A stretch of 64,000 nucleotides of DNA, from the NCBI GenBank assembly GCA_051362555.1, contig CM120641.1, forward strand, positions 7,874,001 through 7,938,000, written 5' to 3'. This DNA is from Lingula anatina (taxonomy: Eukaryota; Animalia; Brachiopoda). Both the position numbers and the translations under genes were made by a program. Below the pieces are notes generated by a model. It was not told where the DNA came from. It did no database searches and was given only the letters and a program-made list of their open reading frames with translations. Positions 37,521 to 48,432 of the stretch are shown here, in pieces (position 1 is the first letter of the stretch; every line of letters starts with the position of its first letter).

Positions 37521-40500
37521 TCAAAGGTGTGTCACTTCATCACTTTCATTGGCATACACCTCATGATCATCTCCAGCACTTGGTAATGAAGTTGATGGGG
37601 GTTGAAACACTGGATTATGTTCAACGTCGAAGTCTCCCCCTGGGTCAGATGAAAACTTATCACTTGGGTGACAGTCTAAACTTGAAGACCCCTGGGCAGG
37701 GGCTTTATTCTCATCCTCTCGTGTAGCAAGAACAGCTGGTAGTTGTGCTTCCAAACAATCGTTGTATTCTGAAAGGCCTTTATGCTTCACTGTTTTATAT
37801 CCAATTGTGCAACCTGAGTTATTATGATGTGAAGTTTTTCCACAGGAATGTTCATCTTCAGTGCAATCATGTGCCTTATTTGTAGTCTGACCTGGACTGA
37901 ATGTAGAATCTCCAGCTGACAACTTAGGGTTTGAAGAATCCTCCAAGGCAGCGCCAGCACTACCCTCTTCATCTATCACTAAGTGTGCCATTTGTAGACT
38001 ACCTCCTCTCGCCACTCTAGGACTGTGTAGCATCCTTTTAAAATGTTCTGTGTCTTCATAAAGATGTTCCCCAGTATCAGAGCTGTATTCCTCATCAAAC
38101 TGCCAAATCTTCCTAGATTTTGGGGTGGAAATGTCACTCATGTCCCTTTCTAGTGATTTACCTTTCAAAGGCTTCATACCTATATAAAAATGGAAGCATA
38201 ATGTAATCCAAAAACCTCCATGACAAGCAATATATTACAGTATTTTTACAATTATTTGTCTTAAAATCTCACTTAAAACTTCATTAGGAAAAAATAGGTG
38301 CTTCATTAAATTTGGCAAAAACCCAACTAAATACCTAACCAAATGAACAAGTTTAAGAAAAGGGCAGACATGGTCACAACCCAAATTATCTCAGGATGTA
38401 AAAATCTTTTTCTTCATCTTGGATAATAAATGACAATGCTGTGAAACATTTTAGTAAAATCATATGGCCATACCTTTGCTGATTCTTCTCTCTTGAGCCT
38501 GGAGGGATCGCAGTTCGAACATTTTGTCTGCCAAAACATTCTGTAATTGGTAAATCAATGAAACACTAGACTCAGAGGTTTTCTTTGTTTCAATCCTTCA
38601 TGTACAAATGCAATAAATCATACATCACATTAGAAACAGGTCTACATCTATGTTTGTGCCTTTGAACAGATTACAGATTTGACAGTAAAATATCACTGAT
38701 GATTTGCCCTGAATACTGGATATGCATTATTTTTGCACTTGTGGCTTCAAGATGTTAACTACTGGGGATTGGGGGAGGGAGGGGGAGGGTCCATGCACAT
38801 TTATCTGTCATTTGTTTTTAAATTTTTCATTTGGAGAATTTTCATTTGTGGGCCCACTTCTAGCAACAGATGGGCTGCATTGATCTGGAAAATTAGAGGA
38901 AGGGAGAGGTGAGTGGGCAGGATCTCCCCTGGATCCACTTTCAAAAACAAGTATGGTTTGAGGTAAAATTTGTGAATATGCAAAGTGCCTGACACTCACC
39001 TTTAGCCTGGTGTATCTCATATGTAGTTCTACTTTCCGACAACAGTCCTCAAATAACACAACCATCCTGAAAATAAAAGACGAATTTAAGGCTTCGTTCA
39101 CATGCAATGTCTATTTTCTAATTTCTATTTTCTATTTGCGCTATCTTATGATCACGGTCTGTGCCCTGAATATCCCGCCGCGTAATTACTGGCAGCGCGA
39201 GCCAGTTACTTATAGTAACTTATAGTAACTGGCTCGCGCTGCCAGTAATTATGCGGCGGGATATTCAGGGCACAGACCGTGATCATAAGACATACCGCAA
39301 ATAGAAAATAGAATTTAGAAAATAGACATTGCATGTGAACGAAGCCTAAAGTACAGACCTCTCAAGCATAACAAAAAGACAGTTCCTTAAAAAACAAAGA
39401 GCACACTTAAAGCTAAAATGTTGATTCCTCACTTCTTTTTTCAAAAGAAAAACATTTATGCACCACTGGTGATAAATGTTTCATATGCAAATTGTTACAT
39501 ACTATACTTCAAATGCAGAAAATAAAATTCACATATTTGATTCAGACAGAAGTTGCCAATAAAGAATATCAACAAAGAGCTATTGTCTGGACTTTCATTA
39601 ATAATTATTGAGCCAATTACACATCATCCTCACCTCATGGTCTTCCCACAACGTGATCTTACAAAGTTCACCAACTGGTCATGGTCAGCCTCCTCCATAC
39701 TTGACCCATTGATGGACAGAATCACATCACCTGAAAAGACAATACCAATTGTCAGTGGGTGTTCTAATACATGCATGCACATGTTGAAATTAACATGCAC
39801 AGACATCTGCTTGTTCAGGTGAAATTTCATCTGAGCTTTGTACTAAAGGGAAATTAAAAACCTGCTTGAACTTTTTTATTTGCCAATGACAATTGTATAC
39901 ATGCATATCAAGGGTGGATCCAGAGATATTTCTGACAGTCTTCCAAATTATCTTTGTTGATCCATCCTCCATTTCTGACCGTCTTCCGAAAGAAAAAATT
40001 AGATGCCCATCAATGTAAACTTAATAATTCTGAGTGTCTTCTGGAAGACCAAGAAGAAGGCTTCTGTCCGCTCCTTTAGAAGCTCACACTTGCACTATTT
40101 TTTCTCATGTCTGGCTCACAGCATACTGTGAAGGTACACTTAATGTTTTTTTCCTGATTCCAATTTTTCTTTTCGTCAAAAAATCTCTTTTACTGAGTAT
40201 TTCCTTGCAATAGTTTGTTCATTCAGTTTCAATGGCTTCAAATTAAATACATAGTAATTAATCATTGAATTCTATATACTCACTAGTACATTTAAGGCCT
40301 CATTCTTATTTCATAAATCTTTGTTTTTTTACAAGTTGGCGCAACTTTTCATGACTGCAGAACATACAAAACAAGATCTGTTTTATTTTACCTGGTCTCA
40401 TCCCGGCATAATATGCTGGTCCATTAAAAGCCACATAGTCAACATAGGTCATCAGTTCCAATTCATTTTTCTTCTTGTGATGGATGCCATAGGTCTGTAA

Positions 40501-40887
40501 AATAAATGGAACCTTCAGACACAGAGAAAAATTATATACAGCATTACACTTTGTCCCACTGCAGATAATATTTTTTGGCCCCATTTCAAACTGGTTGTAA
40601 ACATTCTCTCCTCCACTGGAGGTTACAGCTCATCTGTTGTATGAGAAAGTGAAAGGTAGTTTATTAAATATATCATTCTCTGTCAGACCAGGTACTTTCC
40701 CCTTGTTTCAACTCCTAAATGATTAGTGCAGAGCAAGGAGACAGTAGGCACTGTTTATGACAGAAGGGTATGTCTCCAGGTGGGGTCAAATCCATGTCTG
40801 CTATCTGCTGAGGAGGACACACTGACCACAAAACCATTTGCACAAAAACAGGAGAGAACATGCATTAAGACATAAGCAGGAGCAATT

Positions 40888-40928
<41 letters not shown>

Positions 40929-42470
40929 ACAGTAAAGCTGTCAAATGGACAGACATAAATGTTAAAACTAAAAGAAGCATTGACGTTCAAACAGGGTAAA
41001 CATGACAATAAAACCAATACAACCATTTTGATGCAATATTATATGATGGTTCACAGCACAGCCACCACCATGTACTCTTTTGTTTTGTGGACATTCAGAA
41101 CTAGCACAGGCATATAGGAATTCAAAATGACATATCTGGAAATTGTCAATTTGCAAAAAAATGAAAAATTTGCAAAAAAAACTTCATTACAAAAAGAAAA
41201 ATGAACTTATCAGACTGGTTTTATGAACTTGAGCTGTATTTTAGTTTTTTTGTATCATTCATGTGAGAATAATAAGTAACATGGTTTTCCTTTAAGGTGT
41301 TTACAATAAAGATTCCAAGAAATGACATGGTGTCAGCAATGGATATACATGTCGAGACACATAGAGTGTTTGTCCATAAAAAAGAGACATGTATGCTCGC
41401 ACTGGTATGAATTTGCAAAAAAAGGTCTTCCTTCTGTCTGAAAATTTCACTATCAATAAGTAAATCCTATTGTGATGGATCTATATTGACATACAAATTT
41501 AGTTTCAGAATGGGGCATCTTGCATTTATATGTGGTTGTGCCACAAGAAACCATATGCCAACCTTGCCAAGGTTAATGCTCACCAAATCAATTGAACATA
41601 TCTGATGTCAGCGTTGGATAGATGTTGGACTGATAAGACAGCATTGGTCCATTTGTATAAATATTCATATGCATGTATTGTAGGGCCTATATGTGAGTTC
41701 ATGTGTGTCTATGTCTTCATGAAAATTTATATGTAGTTCAGGGGCGGATAGAAGCAGTCTTCTGGGTCTTCCAGTAGATGGTTAGAATTTGTCAAGTTTA
41801 CATTGACGAGCATCTAATTTTTCTGTTGGATGATGGTCAAAAATGGAGGATGGATTAACAAAGATAATATGGAAAACTGTCAGACAATATCTCTTGATCT
41901 GCTCCTGCTGTACATAAAAAAATCTCAGCAAAGTATAAACATTCCACCAATACATACCAAGCACAGAAAGCAGCTAGCTGCATTATTTGGTTTGTGAATA
42001 ATTGGGGAGAAAAAAATATGGCAACTGAGCATTTACTGTTTAAAATGCTCACCAATACTATTTGTCCTGAGGCATTTTATGAAATATCAGATATCTTTTC
42101 ATCAAATTAGGAATTGTTCCACATGTACTTTTTTCTATTTTCTATAGTGCATTTTACACAAAAGGTTGAGTTAAATCACAAGTACAGCCTTGGCCTTAAA
42201 AAAGTGGCCCTCAGCTGGAAGCAATTTCTTTCATTTCGTCATTTTGACCTTAAATCGGTTCTTTCATCATGTGAACTGGCATTGTTTTGCTTTCCAACCA
42301 GTAATGTGTATGACCTGAAATCCCAGGGCAACTGACTGGGATTTTTCCCATGACTTAATACTCCAACATGTGACTCAGTACTTATGTTTTATACAAAGCT
42401 TGTTGAGAATAGAGCAGGGTAGGTGGATATAAACGTTCTTTAATACATAACTGCTGGGACTTGTTAATAA

Positions 42471-42506
<36 letters not shown>

Positions 42507-45500
42507 ATAAAAAATGTCAGGGAATTGATGTCAAAATCCAAATCAGGAGACTTGATTTTTTTTTGTTCAGCAAAATGCATGAAGAAAAAATGTTTTAACT
42601 TTATAGGAGAGTAGAAATTATTTTGGGCATGGCTTTCAAACTCCCCAAAAAAATTTACAGATATCCAAAAGTTTCTTTATTGGTGAAACAAAGACACTAG
42701 ACAAGAAAATTTACATTGAAAATTACTTAAATTGGATTTCACTGCATGTGCATCAGTTTAAAGCCAAAACAGGTGTTTTATTTATCAGATAGCAAGAGGA
42801 CATTCAGTATTATGAAAGACAACAACGTCAACAACATGCCGGTGATCAGTAAACAATAATTTAAAGCTTTATTATGCCATTGGAGGAGCCATAAAATGTT
42901 CACTGGGTTCTATTTCCAAGGTACATGGAGCAGAGCTATGACTATCCCCTACCCGTGCTTTTATTTCTCTGCAAGTCTGCATTGGCATGCTCAGCTCATG
43001 CAGGGAATCTATTAGCAGATAACAAACAATTCCCCTAGGGAGAAACTGGTCAACTAAACAATGAACACAGCTACACAACCAGGGATGAAATACATCATTA
43101 AATTGCAAATAATGTATTGTTCAGAACTAAATGTAGTTTGTTCCTCTGCCCATATTTCATTGGGAACTCACATGACTGTTCAAACTGAGCTACATGGAAA
43201 ACACATTTTTGAGATGGACTGTAAAGTATGTAGCACACGGAACCATGTACAATGGATATGTAAAATTGCCAAACACCACCAATAGTTTTCTTTGACTCCA
43301 GGAAATTGAAATAGTTTAACTGATTTTGCTGATTGGTCAGAAATAAGGCTCAATTGACTTTTGTATGGTTAATGATTCTAAGCTAATGACCTGGATGAAA
43401 AATTATCCAAGCATACTTTGAGCTTGCCTTCACGGCAACAAAAACCAAGGGAAAGAATTAATTAAAAAGGCTTTTAGTCATCATTGATTTAAAGTGACTC
43501 AAGCTTTTTGTGTTAAGCATTGTGAAGTTAATTAGTTCTCAAGGCTGATATCTCAAATGAAAGAGACAACAGACATTTTTGCTAGAAATACATAAATATA
43601 TACGTTTAAAGGAGCTGAAATGCTAGTGGGTATCATGCCAACAATGTTTAAAACATGCCATATTTGGGTGCGCTTCTATATTCTGAGGGTCTGCAATTCT
43701 GGGGTCCACTATTCTGAAGGTGTGCTATTCCAAAAGTACAAATAGAAAACATACCAGCACAAAGATTGGAAATTAAATGCACTTCTTTGATACAGATGTC
43801 AGTACCCTGATTACGCAACTAATACAATTCATTTAAGCACAGCTATTGCATCAATAAGCTTTTTCAGAATAGCAGACTTTCAGAATGTCCATTTTAGATC
43901 AAGGCTCCTTTAGTTTTTAAAATACCAGATCCTCAAAATAGCTGATCCTCAGAATACAGGGCTGACCCCCCCTATTTTTATGCTCAAAAAGTATGAAATA
44001 ATTAGATAATGAGAGATTTTGATCATCTGAAAACTATGTAAATCTGTTCCTCTGCTTATACATAATATTATGTGGTCTTTCTCCCCCGCCCCCTGCACCC
44101 CTCCTCCCATAAATAGTGAGACCCCTCTGCAGCTCAGATATCCAAATCCCTCATGAACTGAATTGTCAGTCTACAGATAATCTAAGGTCAAAAATTTAAA
44201 AAAAAAAAAAATCAACATTCTGTAGCTTATGGAGTGACGTTTTCAATGTGGTCATGCAAAAGAGAGAGAAAAAAAACATCCTGAATAAATGGAAGCTGTG
44301 CACTCGTGATAATTTGCAATTTATTTCAAGTCCAAAACAGTGACCTTTGTAATAGCATATAAACCATATAATTTTGGCATATTTATTTTCGTTTATCTGA
44401 TTATGAGGTATTTGCGGACAGGCTGAGACTCACATAATCAGTGGGTGTTGCCAGCAAATTTCAAAGTGAAAAAGAAACAATAGATATGATGCCATAGCTT
44501 GGCAAACTCCCAGCTAAATTTACAACATTTCTATTTCCAGATGTGATGCATAAGTATCCCTTGCTAATCTTGCACACATCTGAAAGTGTCATGATGATTT
44601 TTCATATATATTTGCCATGCAATGTATAATGCAATTGCACAGTCATATGTCCATACTAGTAATATAAGTCCCTGCTGAGCCCTAGTTCTTAGCAATATCT
44701 TGCTAGACAAATATATCTTGAAAGTGAAAAGGGTAAATGTTCCCTAGACTGTGAAAGAGATTAAAAGTCTATCATGCAGAGACACACATGTAAAATCAAA
44801 AGAAAAAAAATTAACACTTAAATGAAAACATCAACTCAAGATGGTTACAACACCTGTCCAGGATACAGCACCTGTGGTCATTACTTATTTGGTCAAATTT
44901 GATCATACCTCCAATATTTCCATGCATTAAGGGAGTCCATAATTGACTTGATTTATTGTTCTCAGGATTAATTTCAGACAGAACATGCATGTAATTACAG
45001 ACACAAAAGCAGACTTATTGAAAAAAGTATTTCTGAGGATAGTGAATCACAAATCAATCATCCAGTTTCAGAGGACCCTGAAAAGTCACCTCTTTGCTAT
45101 CAGCATGCCTCTGCCATTTGCAGTAATGGTGGTAGCAGAGAGGAGAGTTTCCAGGGTCCTCTGATGATGAGGGCACATAAAAAATATTTAAATAAAAATA
45201 AAAACTAAAATAAAGATGTATGCTGTGAAAAGGCATTGGGGCTACTTATGAGTATGAAAAACATAATGAATTATTTTAAACATCTTTTCACTTAATGCCA
45301 TCATCTTATTTATATTTTTGATACAATGTATTCAAACATGTTTTCCAGTTTATCTTTTAATTTCTGTTGTACTCATTTTCATGTTTTCTTAAAACTAATT
45401 AAAGTTGAAAAAATTAAAAGTATCACGCTTGAGTTGTATGCTGTTGAAAAGAAAATAACCCCCCTATTCTTTTTACACTGAAATACATTTGAAAGTACAG

Positions 45501-48111
45501 AGAAATTTGTTTCCAACAATGTTACATGACATATTTTAACCATTTCATACAGTACCTTAACATGCAAACAAAAGGGAAAATAATGACAACACCCATGCAA
45601 TGTGCACGTAACAGAACCATAAAAGGAAATTAAGAAACTTGCATCAACATCTTCAAAGAATGCCATTATCATTGCATAAGCTACTTGATTTGCAGATCAC
45701 ATACAGTACACCGCACGAATCCTTGTTGTTTTCTTTGTACAATTTGGGAATACCATCCCACAATTTTTACATCTAATTAACAGTGCAAAAATTTATTTAT
45801 TTTCTCTTTTCATACAAGTGCAATCAAACTAGCATACACACATATATACTCAAACTATACTAGTACTGTTTTTTTAAAAACTTTTTCACTTTCTACTGAG
45901 TTCATGAAAATTCCAAAATATGCTTGAACTAACCTGTAGTGTAAATCCCCAAGTTCCTTTTTCTGTTGTTCGAGACAGGATGATGGTCCTACGCTTTCTG
46001 TTTTCACTGGGGTCTGTTTTGATGTAGCGGTCTTTTTCTACTATTTCTAACTCTTTCCCAACAGCTTGATATTGCACCTTGGAGAAAAAGAATACTTGTT
46101 TCTTGAGGAAGTAAATAATGATCAAAAATAATCATCAGAAGCCTAGAAAATTGAACATTAATTTTCTAGCCCAGATGTATGGCTAGTACCCAAAGTATCT
46201 TAAACTTGCTTTAATTCACGTTAACCAAAATATTGCGCCATACTTACAACAGGTCCAACATGCAGGTCATATGTTTTTCTTTTTGCAGTAGAAATAAAAT
46301 TCCAAAGGTACATTATTGAACATTTACACTGAGATTGATGCTGTTTAAATACTTGAAAGCCTGCAAGCTGGTGCAGTGCCAAGCTCAATCTTCCAAAGCA
46401 TTTGGATGGGAATAGGTATGATGAGCAATTTAAGTGATACCATCACAAAGACCCTTGTGCTTATCATGAACCCCATCAACTTTTTAGATGGAGGCATCCC
46501 TTTAACTAGTCCCATCCCATTTACGTCTACAATTTTTGACACCCAGCTGCTATCATTTTAAGAGGACATAGGGAATCTACAGCTGCTCATTTCAGGATGT
46601 AAGAAAGTTCAGAAAAAAAAAAATCAAGATGTCAGGTAAATATATCATGTACCAGATTCCAGTGCTGTTTGATACTTCCTTTGATGTCATTTAATATTGG
46701 AGGCTATAAATCATTTCTTTTTCTCTTTCAAAATGCACAAATAAATAAATAAATGAATAAATAAATAAATAAATAATTAATTAATTAATCAATAAATTAA
46801 GTGAGATCCATGCCTAAATTTAAGAGAAAGTAGAAAAAGTACTAGTATGTGTATGTTGGATTTACTAATTTATAAGAGTTTTATATTTCAACAAAAATAA
46901 AAAAGCATCAAATTCACAAGCAGAAATAAAAAATTAATTAACTTGCAAAAAATGGTTGATTTCTGGTATATATACTATTTATTAGTCTAGTCATTAAATA
47001 CATGTATAAAACCACATATGGATTAAGAATATATTAAAAAGTAGTTGATTTTCTATGCAGATTTATCATATCTTTTACCCATCAATGTTCTTGACCTACT
47101 GAATAATTACTACTTGACCACATTAACATACTATTCAATCCTATATAAAGGTCTGCTAAGTTAACATTAAATGGCTGTAGTGTGCACAGTAATTGCTCTT
47201 TGGCCACTTAAGTGTGTCCTTCAAAGCAAACAATTGGAAGATTCCCACACTGCATTTCCCAAATCAATAGGTCTGAGCTGATAAGGAAGTCATAAGTGGG
47301 CCATATAATTTTTACAATCACAGGTAGCCTCATTTTTCATGACATAGGGTACTCTTTAGTAAACTTTCAACTGTTAAAATAACAAAAAAAAAAAAAAAAA
47401 AGGAATATGTTTTTAAATGTTTAATATAAATATTACTCTTGAAGACTGCAAATATATAGTGTTGTTGTGATATGATATGGAAGTGACAGTCTTTCACCTC
47501 AATTATTTGGCACTTTTGCAGTATTCATCCCCAACCATGACAACCATATAACTCTTTTATTTTCAACATCTTTTTTAACTAATTTTTATTTAATGGTGAT
47601 TTTGTGTAAACACCTAAAAATGGTATTTTGCATTTTTTATCAGTCCCATCCTTAATATTTTTTATGTTCTACCCCCCTCGCTAAGCACCCTCTAAAACAA
47701 TTATTACATAGCAATTATCTTTCTTTGGTTCCAATGGCCTAGTTCTAAAGTAAACTGGTATGCCGACGTTATTTCCTCTTCGCGGGAGATAATTTCGATA
47801 CCATCTGGTCCCTGGTACAACGTACTAAGTAAAGATCAACTCGGTGCAAATAAAATCAGGTCAAACGTGGCGTTCTCAATCCTTTAATCCACAAAAGACG
47901 ATATGCTTTTAAAAATATTTAAGGCACACAAATTCCTGAAATATTTCGCGACGGCGCTCTGGCTGAGTGTGGTACTTAGTATGTTTCTGATTCTCACCCA
48001 GTTCCTCTTTTTTTTATTCAAAGCGTACCGAGATGTATATAATTTTCCCCTCACCTCATTTTCATCTGATTTTGATTTTCGTCTTGTCGCACTGTCCATC
48101 ACCAACGACAT
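37521..48111 (-). CDS. GRASP: GRASP/tamalin-CYTIP family PDZ plus coiled-coil scaffold (cytohesin-associated), 7 exons, ~416 aa
   Basis: Exons (minus): 48111-47998, 46077-45934, 40494-40392, 39730-39634, 39066-39000, 38540-38474, 38179-37521; total 1251 nt, phases consistent. PDZ: WGFTLQTYGIHHKKKNELELMTYVDYVAFNGPAYYAGMRPGDVILSINGSSMEEADHDQLVNFVR; then RKVELHMRYTRLKNVLADKMFELRSLQAQERRI, like the tamalin/CYTIP coiled coil; ends VTHL*. First exon is the least certain. Confidence 0.88.
39090..39346. mobile_element. Fold-back (palindromic) MITE, PIF/Harbinger-like, copy 2
   Basis: 257 bp, about ten differences from copy 1 by eye; TSD TAA (TWA is typical of Harbinger/Tourist). Confidence 0.85.
39909..40076 (-). 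mobile_element. ~168-bp hAT-like MITE, inverted relative to the copy at 41739
   Basis: Reverse complement aligns end to end with 41739-41907 (shared ggtcttccag, aagtttacattga, gcatctaatttt, aaatggaggatgga, aacaaagataat); degenerate CAGGGGCGGAT-type termini. Confidence 0.65.
40700..40842 (-). mobile_element. Degenerate tRNA-derived SINE head (tentative)
   Basis: Minus strand shows an A-box-like tggttttgtggtcag and B-box-like ggatttgacccc followed by a core reminiscent of invertebrate SINEs; heavily decayed. Confidence 0.3.
40890..40925. repeat. (AC)n microsatellite
   Basis: Direct reading. Confidence 0.95.
41739..41907 (+). mobile_element. ~168-bp hAT-like MITE
   Basis: Termini caggggcggat ... 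atctgctcctg; flanks atgtagtt/ctgtacat are at best a decayed 8-bp TSD; homologous to 39909-40076. Confidence 0.65.
42468..42504. repeat. (ATAA)n microsatellite
   Basis: Direct reading; a similar tract lies at ~46738-46790. Confidence 0.9.
43667..43971. mobile_element. Degenerate non-autonomous DNA transposon with ~16-bp subterminal repeats
   Basis: Repeated tattctga(a/g)gg units at the left end mirrored by (cc)tcagaata / ttcagaatagc units at the right end; GGG...CCC termini. Confidence 0.45.
45058..45175. mobile_element. Palindromic MITE of the same family as 62079-62164
   Basis: tcagaggaccctgaaaagtcacctctttgcta pairs with tagcagagaggagagtttccagggtcctctga; the left half aligns with 62081-62146. 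Confidence 0.55.
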
Positions 48112-48432
48112 GCGATCTTCTTGTGGTCAAAAACACATGATCCATATACGAGAAAACCTCCCGGTCGTCATCAAAACACTGGCAGAAACCGCCCCCTGTC
48201 AGTCCATATGCTCAATGCTTTTATTATTGACACTGTTAAATCGCTTACATCCTTAAAATGAGCACTCATTTTTATGTTAGGCTAGGTTGTATTATTTTAG
48301 AGATGTTTATTTATGTTACCTTTTGGGCATATTAGGTTGTAAAATGTATTTAATTTGACAATGGAATAATATTTGCATATTTTTGTAATGTTGTAAGCAT
48401 TGCAGACGACCTTTACCTTTATCAGATAAAAG
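48112..48432. promoter_or_regulatory. Bidirectional promoter and 5' UTRs between GRASP (-) and alpha-catulin (+)
   Basis: Start codons only 321 bp apart, CpG retained ~47680-48850; the catulin ATG lies within a YY1-like aagatggcg. Confidence 0.65.

Noticed and set aside
38808-38999. Open frame continuing past the GRASP exon 5 donor as an alternative C-terminus
   Set aside because: The donor gtgagt is strong and the next exon continues the conserved coiled coil; the read-through part looks like decayed repeat.
46345-46561. Opposed ORFs in GRASP intron 1 with vague enzyme-like words (IVDVNGMGLVKGMP)
   Set aside because: The similarity is too weak and the spacing inconsistent with any family I can name.
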